NCBI GenBank assembly: GCA_013239625.1
Contig: MU054738.1
Location: forward strand, 7,163,855-7,227,854
Direction: 5' to 3'
Length of the DNA stretch: 64,000 bases
Source of the DNA: Lama guanicoe
Lineage: Eukaryota
Position numbers and translations under genes: made by a program. The notes beneath the pieces are model-generated. The model was not told the DNA's origin and made no database searches. It worked only from the letters and a program-made list of their open reading frames with translations. Below are positions 38,178 through 49,288 of the stretch, piece after piece (position 1 is the stretch's first letter; each line of letters starts with the position of its first letter).

Positions 38178-38260
38178 CTGGAGGGCGGGGGGAGGTCAGG
38201 GCCCGTGCCCCCATCTGCGGGGAGCCCCCTTCCCCCGCCCCCGCCCGCAGCGCCGCTCAC

Positions 38261-38465
38261 CCCGGCAGGGCGCGGGCGGGATGCCGATGCACACGAAGTA
38301 CTGGAAGGTGATGATGCAGGCCAGGAAGCAGCAGTACTTGGGCCAGATCTCCGCGATGGCCTTCCTTCGGCGCCGGTACAAGACGGCGATCAGCCAGCAG
38401 GCGTGAATCATGGCGTAGAAATCCATCCGCTGACCGATCACGTTAACTGACATGAGGAAACAGGT
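38261..38465 (-). CDS. PIEZO2: PIEZO2 coding exon (~E25), TCFLMSVNVIGQRMDFYAMIHACW...CIGIPPAPCR
   Basis: 205 nt, phase 0->1; GGG|gtgagc donor. Confidence 0.96.
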
Positions 38466-39063
38466 CTGCGTGAGGATGAAAGAGGCAGTCGGGTTTACAG
38501 GGAAGGGGAGTGGGGTCAGGGGTGCGCCCTGAGTGGGCGGGGGACCCGCGCTCCTGCTGTTTGCCTGCTCTGCCTCTTTGGGGGCGTCTTCGCCACGAAG
38601 TCAGAGGGCTGGACATAGGGCTCCCGCCGGGAAGACTGACCAGGCCACGGCGACTAAGAACCACGCTGAGTGGTGGAGAGAACGGCGGCTGTGAGCTCTC
38701 CTGAAGCATCCCTGCTCCAAATACACTCCCCAGGGACAGGCCCAGCACCACGTCAGGTCAGAATGGCCGGCCGAGGCCCCACATTCAGAATGCGCAAAAC
38801 AGCCATTTGGGCGTTTGTAAGACCAGAGGCCCGGGGGCCAACTCCAGCCGCAGAGCAGGGGAACCGGCACCTGGTCCTGGAAAGACTCAACCAGGCCAGG
38901 CCGACTCTTCGCCGCATCCTCCTCCCTGGGCCCGAGGAGACAGAGATCAGGGCGTGGAGACGTGCAAGGAAGCCCCAGGGTCCGTCCCCGACCCAGCCCT
39001 GCAAAGCAGCCGCTAGAATTCTTACCGAAAAGAGAAAGAAAACAGGTGAGCAAGGAAACCCAC

Positions 39064-39264
39064 CTCCAGCCCAAACTTGTAGAAGAAGTAGTTGATAAAA
39101 TACTTGGCACAGCTGACCAGCCCGTCGTCCAGGTGGTGTCTGGTGACGTCGTGGAAGATGGTCTTAGACACGGGCGCGGCGAGGTTGTTCCGGCCCCGGT
39201 AGTACTCCTGATGGCGGTAGACGGTGACCTCGAAGGCCAGGATGGCCAGCATCAGCAGGTTGTT
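39064..39264 (-). CDS. PIEZO2: PIEZO2 coding exon (~E24), NNLLMLAILAFEVTVYRHQEYYRGRNN...KYFINYFFYKFGLE
   Basis: 201 nt, phase 0->0; gcag| acceptor, GAG|gtgggt donor. Confidence 0.96.
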
Positions 39265-40566
39265 CTGCAAGCCAGAAACAGCGGGGCTGAGGCCGTGCGC
39301 CGCCACGCAGTCGCCTAGAGCAGCCCGGCTCTGAACAGCCTGGGTGTCTGAAAGGACAGCGCTCTGTAAAATCCCGCCTCCATAAAATACAGTCCTGACT
39401 CAATATGGTCACAAGGGCGGAGTTGCGTGCAATGCGCCAAGCAGGCTGGTTGGATCTACGATGCCCAGACCGACGACGGGCGACGGCCCTTCCTGCTCCT
39501 GGGAAGTACACACCTGCACACGAAGAAGTGCCCTGGGACCTCGGGGGGGGGGGCTGGACGGGCCAACCTTCTGCGCAACTGAAAGTGAGAAACACCTGTA
39601 CAGTGATCTACAGGGACCCCCTGGGAGACAGACTGAGCTGGAGGACGGGGCTTCCCATTAGAGGGGAACTTCTGAGCGCCTCCAAAATCTGGCTGGAAAG
39701 AGCAGCGGATGGAAAAATGTGCGGATTATACCGCAGAATAACAAAGGTGGTAATGATGTTAATGACGACGCAGCTGACCTTCACGGGCCAGACACCACTC
39801 TGGTCACCCTCTTCAGATCCAAGCTGCTTTTATCCTTGCACCTTTTAAAGGCAGACACTGTTCCTACTCTGCCAACAGCCTCTGCCACGTGACATGAAAG
39901 CTACGCAAAGGAAAATGAGATGTCTAGTACACCTGAAGATTTCAGGAGCCGAGACACGTGTTAAGCGCACGGCCAGCACGGCCCAGCGGAGCGCGCTGTG
40001 GCTCACGGGAACCGACCGCTTCCACTTGTTTGTTGCAGCTACTTGCAGTCAAAATCCTCTTTTCGCAGATATGCTCTTTTTATCTAATTTCCTCTAAACC
40101 CATATATGCCCTTTGTTAGACTCTGTAAGGAATGAGAATTCACAGAGCAAAAGATTTCTCATGATGCTACCCCTCCTTCTCAAATAATCACTGGTGACCA
40201 TTTGGTACGATTTACATAATATTTCTTTGTGTCTAAAGGGGATCACAGGTGTGGTGTTTTGAAGTTTGCTTCTTCCCCTCCAACTCGGCAGCATGTCTTG
40301 GGCACCCTTCAGAGTCTGATGTTGTCTCTACTGCAACCTTTGAGAACGTTCCAGTGACCATATTTGTCATGCTTTATTCAATTAACCTCAGACCACTGGA
40401 TGAATCTCTTTTCAGGGCAACGCAATGCTGCTCTGAATATTCAGTCATATGTGCTGCAGGTGACTGCAAACGCCACGTAAGAGGGTGAGGTTACTATACG
40501 GGTGAGACTGGGTCCCCGGGGAAAGGGATCAGACGTTAACTCCGCAGAGACAGACGAGGCCTTTAC

Positions 40567-40692
40567 CCGCAGGTAGACGAGCAAAGGGGAAGACTTCCTC
40601 AGGCCGACCCACTCGGCGGGGTCGATGGGGGCGCTGTAGAGCAGGGACTTGTTCAGCTGCTGGAGGGGTATGTTCGTTTGGTTTTCATTTGG
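40567..40692 (-). CDS. PIEZO2: PIEZO2 coding exon (~E23), PNENQTNIPLQQLNKSLLYSAPIDPAEWVGLRKSSPLLVYLR
   Basis: 126 nt, phase 0->0; tttcag| acceptor, CGG|gtaaag donor. Confidence 0.95.
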
Positions 40693-40948
40693 CTGAAAAG
40701 AAGAGACAGGGGAGTAAGAAGTGGTCCCTCCGATCAGGCGAGTTCAGACTCGTCTCCTGCGGCTCTGCGCAGAGGCACCTGCCGGGTGGGGCGGGAACCC
40801 CGACTCAAGGGGGAAATCCCAGCTTCGGAAGAGACCGGGGTCCAGGCCCCCCCCCCCGCCCCGGGCCCAGCTGACTTGGGTCCAACAGCCTGTGCCCGGG
40901 GATGTGGGTTCACCAGTCAGCAAGTCCCCGCAAGTCTTGGAGGCTCAC

Positions 40949-41125
40949 CAAGGAGCAGTTGACAGAGAAGTTCTCAGGTTTGATGGTTTGCAGCTGGTAC
41001 AACATCTTGCAGACGATGATCACACACGTCCAGACTGTGCAGACGCTCGAAGCCAGACGGCGCAGCTTGGCGTACGGCAGAGCAAAAGCCCAAGAAATCA
41101 GAAATACGTAGTTGAACAGAGACAC
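40949..41125 (-). CDS. PIEZO2: PIEZO2 coding exon (~E22), VSLFNYVFLISWAFALPYAKLRRLASSVCTVWTCVIIVCKMLYQLQTIKPENFSVNCSL
   Basis: 177 nt, phase 0->0; cag| acceptor, TTG|gtgagc donor. Confidence 0.96.
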
Positions 41126-43139
41126 CTGGGGACAAAAATACGTAATGTGGCTCGACATCTACAAAATGTGGCAACTTGATTTGTCCGGTTCCACTCGGTG
41201 AATCAAACTGACTGAGTTCCCAGGCCACGCCCTTGGGGCCAAGAGACTTGCCCGGAGCAGAGACAGGTTGTAGCCGGAGGACGTCTACTAACGTGACCCC
41301 GGGCAACGCAGAGGCTCCTGGGAGCAGACTCACAAGGGGTCCTCGGCCTAACCTGGAGCGCTGGGAAGCATCCCCTGGAAGAGGCGACACCTGCACTGGC
41401 CCTTGCAGGGTGCCTGAAGTTAGCCAGGCCAACAGAGGGAGAAGGACGTTCCAGGTAAAGGACGTACAGGCGGAGGCAGGAGTGCAGGGAGCAGCGTGGT
41501 GGGGGCAGGTGACCCCAAGCAACTGGTGATTTTGGAGTTGGCAGTACTGAGCCGCAGCAGAAAGTGAGGCTGGAGGTGCAGCTGGGGGCCGTGTTTCTGC
41601 GGCCCTTTAAGTCCTGTGCATGGGCCTCTGTGCAGGGAGCAGAGCCACGAAGGGCTTTACACTGGGGAACCCCGAGGAAAGATGGCATTTCATTTAGATT
41701 GCGTCACTGAAGAGCGCAGGTGCGTCTGCGGGCTGGGCCCGAGGTCAGGAGACCAGCTCACACACCCTGCAGTCGTCCAGGAGGACAGGGACAGGGCGAC
41801 GCCAGGCCAGCGCCGCAGAGGTGGGAGGTGGAGTCGGCCGGGGGAAGGGGTGAAGGAGGAAGCACAGGACAGGGACGCCTCCCAGGGTCTGACGGGGCAC
41901 CAGTGCCCCCGGGGGGCCACGTCGGAGACAGGGCCTGGGGTGGGGCAGCTGCAAGGAGGGAAGGGGTCAGCCTGTGAGTGTGTTTATCCATCAGGGGAGA
42001 CGCCCACTCATCTCTAAGCCTTCCTCACAGCTCACAGTCCCTTGAACGGCCTGGAGGCACCACCATCTCACTCAGCCCTGGAAAATCCTCACTTACTCTG
42101 AACATCGTCACCCTCGTCTCTGGATGTGGCTAAACCGAGGTCACAGAAGCACTCCGTGCTATCGGGGGGAGAAACCGCGAGCACGCGGCTGGCAAAACTG
42201 AATGTGTGTCCAGCACAGGCGCTCACGGAGCTGCGCGTCCCGGCCTGGCTCGCGGGGCTGCGAAACAGCAACATGGCAGCTCCAGGCTGGTGGCAGTTCT
42301 GCGGTGCGTTACCTGCTTGCCTCCAGGACAAGGCAGCGCCGTGAGCGCTAAGCGCGGAGGCTTTAGGGGAGAAGAGCCGCCTTTCAGAGCTGCTGGAGGA
42401 TGAAAGCACCGCTGGAGGAGGACTGGCCCACCCACTACAGAGCCGCCACAACACGACAAGTAGCAAACGTGGGAGGCGCTTTGGGACACTCGAGGCCGAG
42501 GTCCTGCCCAGCGGTCACCTGGAGAGATGGGGCTGGAGTTCCAGACGCACGACCCGCCGCGTGGGGACGGCACGCGGGACACAGGCGCTCCGGCCGTCAC
42601 CCACGGAGCACGCAGAGTCAGAGGAGGGGATGCGGACAGAGCCCGAAGGCCCCCGAGCAAAGCTGGTGACCAGGGAGGAAGGGGCCCGGGAAGTGCGGGT
42701 TCGGAAACCAGAGAGGGGAGTGCGAGGACGAGGGTCACCAGGATCCACTGTCACGGAGAAGCAAGCAGGATCAGCGTGGACAGGCCCGGTCGGGGGGCTT
42801 CTGTCTTTTATCGCTTTCCAAACAGCAAAACTGGGGCTCAGGGAAGGTCCCAACCACTGCGGTCCTTCACGCAGTGGTTGGCTGTGGTCTCCTTGCACCC
42901 CTGATGATGGGAATCTCACGGAACGTACGTTAAAGAAAATGGCAGATACCGGGGCCCCTGAGGTCTGTCCCCCTTCCCAGGACGCTGTCCTCTGCTTTGC
43001 TGAGCGTCTAGTGTGTGCCCGTCTCAGACCCTGGTGCCCTGATGTGCTAGGAATTACACCTGAAAAGTCAGGGAGACCCGGGGAAGGGAGGCGGCGCCGC
43101 GCTGACGGTGTGGCTGGAAGGACGCCGATGTTCACTTGC

Positions 43140-43300
43140 CTCTTTCACGGACACCCAGATGATGTACGAGGACACGATCTTGACGATGTGCAGCTCCAGG
43201 ACCCACCACAGGGACGTCTGCAGCTTGTGGAAGCACTCCAGGAACTTCAGGAACAGCACCGTCAGCCGGTCGATCACCAGATGCCACTTGTTCCTCAGAT
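43140..43300 (-). CDS. PIEZO2: PIEZO2 coding exon (~E21), DLRNKWHLVIDRLTVLFLKFLECFHKLQTSLWWVLELHIVKIVSSYIIWVSVKE; GC donor
   Basis: 161 nt, phase 1->0; the donor must be GAG|gcaagt to keep frame with the next exon (VSLFNY). Confidence 0.93.
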
Positions 43301-43971
43301 CTGCAACGCAGGGAATGCACCCAGCAACACAAAGGGGGCGTGTGTGCGTGCATGCGTGTGTGCACAATGATTATTTAGAGCTTATCTTGTGTTGTTCCGA
43401 CTGTAATGAGAAACTGCAAGACAACCAGAGTGGACGAATCCAAGAGCCTCAATCTGGCGGAAGGGGGCCCACGGATCCCATATGTGAGGGCACGGACATC
43501 ACGCGCTGACACGGAGACACCACAGCACTGCTTTCACGCACCTTCTTATTACATTTATGTGAAAAACAGTGTCGACTTTATTTACCATTGAGGCTGAGGT
43601 ATATAATTCCCTAATTTACCCCAAATATTAAGTAGCTGAGCTCCCTCTAAATGACACTTTTCTTGCCAAAACAGTGCTCCCCTACGTGCCAGTCCCCTTC
43701 CTGGGGCTTAACAAGGGGGCAGGCAAGGCGCCACCCTCCCCCGCCACCCAGGAAGAGCCTGAGAGTGGACCCTGGTTCTGGGCCTGAACCCCCGGCCACA
43801 GCCCACCAAGTGCGCCCAGACTCACCCTAGTGACAGTTTTTAATCAAATTAGTCATTCTCTGCTTTCTACCTCGTGTATTCTACCTTATTATGTTGCAGC
43901 CTTGGCCCAGGCTTCTGCCTGGAAGGTCAGTCTGGGTTCCCTGGAAGGAAAGCCCCACGGGGCCTTCCAGG

Positions 43972-44063
43972 ACCAGCACGCCCCACCCCTTGCAGACAGA
44001 AGCTCAAGGCCCTGCACAACCAGCACGCCCCCCCACCGCAAACAGAAGCTCACGGCCCTGCAC
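43972..44063. repeat. Two-copy ~46-bp tandem duplication
   Basis: accagcacgcccc...cagaagctca.ggccctgcac occurs twice head to tail. Confidence 0.8.
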
Positions 44064-44576
44064 GGGCTGAGACTGGGGTCCCTGTGTGCAGTGGCTTCCT
44101 GATGCGGCTGGGGTGGCGCCGCAGTGACGGCCTTGGCTCTGAAAGTTTGCCAGGCTTTACTCATTCACAGAGTGACTCGGGTGGCAGGTCAGCGCAAGGG
44201 TTAGGCCCTACCTGGGCATGCTTCAGAGGCGGGGGTGGCAGGTACGGAGGGAGCAGGTGCGGCCCAAGTTAGGGTGAGACGTCACTGTAAGTAAAGCTCG
44301 CGCTTGCCTTCGGGCAGTGAGACAAGCCTGGTCCCGAGCCCTCGGCCCCCAGGGCTCACGCTTCTTCGCTGGAGGACACATCGCGCAGCGCAGGGGGCGC
44401 TTCTGGGTGAAGGGCCAGCCCTGGGGGGAGCCTGCCTCTGGGAGGGACCGTCCGCACACAGCGCCGGGGCAGCGAATGACCGTCACAGCCCCAGGGCGTC
44501 ACCCCAAAGGCTATGCTCTCCAGTTCTCCCAAACTTCCTGGAAGCTAATAGACTAAAGGAAGCTAAGCAGGACCCC

Positions 44577-45135
44577 GTGGGCCCCTGGGGACAGAACCCC
44601 GCGTGTCCCCGCCTCTCGTTTGTAGAAAAGCATTAGCCTCCTAGGCCTTCCCTGGGCCCCAGGAGCGAGCTAAGCAGAGAATGGGGACACGCAGACATGC
44701 GGGAAGACAGGCAAGCACAATGGTTCAGCCTTGAAACAAAGCCAAGGACTTGGTTTCTCCTTCTGGGGGCTGCAGGTCACACCCTGAGCCGCACCCTTGA
44801 GTCATTTTGCAGGCGCTGAAACCCCCGCCAGGTGGAGGCGCTGGCTGCACGCTGACCCCCAGCACCCGGACCCCAGACGGCCTGGAGCCCAAAGGGTAAC
44901 GATGTCACCTCCCAGTTACCTCAACACCAGCCTATGAGAAGGTCCACGGACTGACGTGCACCGGCAACCTTCTCCCCGACCTCGCCTTTAAAACCCTTCC
45001 CTGAAAGCCACCGGGGAGCTGGGTCTTCCAAGCACGAGCTGCCCGCTCGCCCTGCTTGGCGCCGCAGTGAACACACTTCCATTCACCGCAGCCTGCGTCC
45101 AGCGCACACCCGTTTCACCCACTTGGGGCAAGTTT
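44577..45135 (+). mobile_element. Probable solo ERV LTR, antisense to PIEZO2
   Basis: LTR-like order of motifs: gcctttaaaacccttccctgaaagccaccggggag.tgggtctt..aagcacgagctgccc...cctgcttggcgcc (TATA-like box, then decayed polyA region); boundaries approximate. Confidence 0.5.
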
Positions 45136-45180
45136 CACTCCCGCCGCCCGTCAGCCAGCACCCGCTAGCGGGCAGCTCAC

Positions 45181-45383
45181 CTGACGCCGCCTCCTCCTCG
45201 TCCTCGTCCTCGTCGTCCTCGTCCTCGCTGTCTTTGCTGAGCTCACTCTTCTTGGCCTTGGCGGGGCAGCCCCCCGGCTTCCCCTCCCCAGGCCCAGCCA
45301 GCGGCTTGGTGTCCGCCGCCCCCAGGCGGGCGGTCAGGTTCATCATGGCGAGGTCGGGGAGGCTTCCCTCGGGGTGGGCCAGT
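45181..45383 (-). CDS. PIEZO2: PIEZO2 coding exon (~E20), LAHPEGSLPDLAMMNLTARL...DSEDEDDEDEDEEEAAS
   Basis: cag|A acceptor, CAG|gtgagc donor; 203 nt, phase 2->1; acidic low-complexity tail. Confidence 0.94.
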
Positions 45384-45735
45384 CTGCCGGCAGAGAGCAG
45401 GGAGTCAGGGCACGAGGGGCCCGGGACACGCGAGCGAGGCGTCGTGGAGGAGGACAGACGAAATGGAAATCAGCACACGACATGGCCTGGCAGGTGGGCT
45501 TGCGAGCGCCTGGGCGCTTTTTTACTTTTTAAAGCTCTTTCTAAAAATGAACTGTCAATTTGGTGAGGTTCGGCTAGCTTTTCCAATTCAGGTTCGAGTG
45601 ATTAGTCGGTCATGAGAGCTATCGACACCTAAACTTGACATTTCCCCGCAGGAGAAAATGGTCAGAGTTCAGGCCGCAGAAGCATGAAATGGCGTCGTGT
45701 GAGCTAGCATTTCATGGCTTCACAGGGGGACTTAC

Positions 45736-45768
45736 TCATTTTGGTGGATTGGTAATTTTTTCTCGATG
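45736..45768 (-). CDS. PIEZO2: PIEZO2 alternative cassette exon E19, (S)IEKKLPIHQNE
   Basis: 33 nt, symmetric phase 2; long pyrimidine tract and gcag acceptor, GA|gtaagt donor; matches recalled SIKKKLPIHQNE. Confidence 0.88.
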   Translation of the reverse strand, partial: HREKITNPPK

Positions 45769-48700
45769 CTGCTCAAAGTAATTGAAGTGGAAAGGAAAAA
45801 GAGGAGATGAGAACAGAAGAATTATAAGGAGAGTCAGAGATCACACATCATGCTACAGATCATCACTATCGTGCTCCTGTGTGCGGCTGCAGCAGGCCTC
45901 CGCCCAGCGCATCCCGGGGCGGCGCGCGCAGCGTGCTCCGGCTGGGGGCCCTGCGCTCGGCAGCCGGCCTGAGATGGACGCGGCTGCAGCTGTGGAGGGC
46001 GGGACACTCGGACCGTGGGGGCAAATCACGCCATGCTTTTCAAGGCAGGCAGCAGACCACCCTGCAGCAGTCAAGTCAGTCGCATTGGAAGGAGGATTTC
46101 CTAACCTCTCAGGTGACGTGGCGTTCCCGGCAGCCTTGGCGCAGGCCGCTCCCATCCTGCCACCGCCTGAAGCAGACGCAGCGGAGGCTGGCGCTGGCAG
46201 GGGTAAGAAGCCCGCCTCCCGCCCCCACCCGAGGGCAGGATGCGAGCGGCTGGACCAGGGTCCCGAGAGGAGGCTGCGCGCCCCGCCCAGGGTGGGAGCT
46301 ACAGCCTCGGGGAGCCTGGGCGGGGGCACGCGTTTCATGGTGGGTAATAACAAGCCTGCTCTTGCTCGGCCTTTTTTTTTTTCGAGTATATTTTTTCATT
46401 CGCATTCAAACAAGCGTCTGAGGCAACATTCGTGGGCAGTGAAGCAGGCGTTAGGAGACGCTCTGGTTTCTCCACCTGCGATAATTAACCCACACGTCAT
46501 GGCCTGGCTGTCACGGGGTGGACGCTGAGTAATGCCACTGTGTTTGTGCAAGTGTGCGCTCCGAGTAAGTTATTTAACCTTTCTGGAATTTACCTTTTTT
46601 TTCAAACAAAATGAGGACGTCTGGGTGGATAAAAATCTTAAGGTCACGTGCAACTTGCTGGTTTCTCATTTACAATACCTGTGATGTTGAGTGGCTATTG
46701 CAGTGAATTTGTAATAAAGCCACAGACTTTCAGACAGCTTATCCTTCCAGAGTAATTCTGTTTAGCAGGGTGCCAAGCAGGTAACTGTGGAACGTTGGAA
46801 ACGGGCTGTTACTCTGATGAGTAGAGGACGTTCTGAGGGTGACGGAAGACATCGCGCTGGGGTGTGCTTTGCTTTCTCAGGCCAGAAGGCTCGCCCTCCA
46901 CCTCTGGAAGGGCTCCCCACTCCTGAAGCTGCAGTCCCGCACCTTCTCCAGCAGGCCTGCTCGTCAGACCTCAGGGACCTCGTCTCCTGCCCTGCGTTGT
47001 CAGGAGTCCCACGTGTTGAAAGGTACCGAGGTGGCAGTCAGGTGCTGCACACCTGTCGGTATTTCTGTGTTCCCTTCCGGGCTTGCTGGGGAAGGCACCT
47101 TACAAGCGAGAAGACACTTTCCTTACGACAGGAATGTGCAGCTTGTAGTGCGGAAGTACCGCCATTTCTGGCGTCTACCTGGACGCTACCAGGACTGGAG
47201 ACTGACAAGAAAACCACTGTCCAGTAATGAACGCAGAGATGAGGCTGTTCCTACAGCCGCCACTTTGGCCGCGCAACGAAACGTCCTCCAGCAATGGGGC
47301 CCCGAAAGTGCCGGGCGGACGGAGGGGAGGCTGCTGACCACAGGAATGAGCATTCGAGTACACCTCTTGGAAGGGAGTCCAGGAGATGCACTTCTGGAAA
47401 CCTGTCCCAGGTGCCAGGGGTCTGGGACTAGACGGAGCTGGGGGGGGCGGGGGAAGGGCTTCTGGGCCTGAAGCCCTTCCTCTCTGACATCCTCCTCGCG
47501 AGGAAACAGTGGCACGATGCCCGCGGGAGCTGGGACGCCCGAGCTCGCCAGCTTGTAAAACGGGACAAAAAAAGAAAAAAGAGAAAAGGGGGGGGCGTGT
47601 ATGGTGCTGTCACTTACTCGCCTAGGAGTCTGCGATCTGAAACTTCACGGAGAACACCTGCGTGCATGAAACGTGTACAAATGGAAGTATTTTCAATGTA
47701 TGATTGGATTTTATTCTTTTAAAAAGACACCTGTGTGAATCCTTTCATCTTCCTACCGTTTTCCTTCACTTTCATCACAGCGTGTTTTATAGGCCACACA
47801 AAACTGTGTGAAAAGCGGGCCCTCGCGAATCAGAAAGACTAAGATTCAAACCTCAACCAGACATCGGACCCACCAGGGGGCCTGGCCAAGCTCCTTATCA
47901 GGTCTTTTAGGTCTCAGTTTGCTGAGCTGTAACGTGGAAGGACAGCACTTACTTCCAAGGAAGCTGCGAAAAGGAAGGTGATTTCCGTCCAGCGCTTGAC
48001 AGGGGAACATTCGTGGAGTAAGGAACCCCCTGCTCGTGACGGGTCTTCTTTGCTCCTTGACAACCTGTGTCCCCCTTTCACGCAGAGGCAGCGGTGGAGC
48101 TGGAGGGACCACACAGCACAGCAGGTGGGGGGTGCGCCACACTCAGGCCATATGTCTGTCAGCAGCAGATCCCTTAGCAGGCCTGGGGCTGGACACGGCC
48201 CTTTAGACGAACTGGGCAGACGTTTCTTCCTCGGGACTCTGTGTCTGACAGTCTCAACGCCGGGCCCCCTGCCGGCAGCGGTCACCTCCCTCGCCGCCCG
48301 GCTGAGCCCGAGGGCCACCGCAAAGCTGGGGTCTACTTCACTTAGATCTGTCCCCTCTAATAAAACTTTTAAAAGACCTGCTTTTTCAAAAAACCAATCA
48401 AACACCACACTCTAGTAAAAGACGTTCCCTGAAACTCCCAGCAAAGAAACTTGGAATACTCTTGACTCCACCGATCTCACCACCGGAGGCGGCGTTCCCC
48501 TCTGGGGTGACAAACCCACCGGCTGAGAGATGGGCTCCCAGGGGCCCCGCCCCCACCGTCCTCAAATCCCACTGTGCTGCCATCTCTGCCGTCGGCGAGA
48601 CCACTCCCTTCCCTTTGCATTGTCTCAGCCACACCTGTAACTCTGGTCCTGCTTTCATTCTGATCCCCGCTCTGAGCTCCACCCTCTGCTTCTCGACACC

Positions 48701-49288
48701 GTGGTTCTCTCCTTCGCATCCTGAGAGAGCAGGTCATTTCTCCTCGTTCATTTTCTCTCCCTCTCTCACCCCCCAACCGGCTCTCTCCTATGTGTGGGTT
48801 TCTCAATTTGTGCCTCCACCCTTTTACCCTAATTACTGCTTGTGGGACCCCCACCCCAAGAGCAGAAATCCGACCTTCCTCTGTGCACCTCCCTGCAAAC
48901 TGCAGCCTCGTGCTTGGTGTGCCCTGCGAGTCCCTGAGTGTCTGGTGAACGGACTCTATGCACTGGAGAGACATCCTTATTTGAAACAGAAGAAACAAGT
49001 TATGGAGAGTTGAAGAGGTTTAATTCTGTCCTAGGAAGTGACTTTGGCAAGCTACTTCTTAAGCTAGTTTCCATGAAAGAAAATGCAAATTCTACCATTG
49101 TAAAATCTCCTCGGGTCTAAATTCCACTTACTTATAACTGCTGTAAAGTACACAGCACTCACCTCATTCACTGGACTCTTAGAGAAAAGGAACTCTCTTG
49201 TCACTTTGTAGTATTTGTAAATAATCCTTAAAGTAGAAGTTCTAAAATGCTAATATTGAATTCTAGAACCCACAAGCACTTTTAGAAT

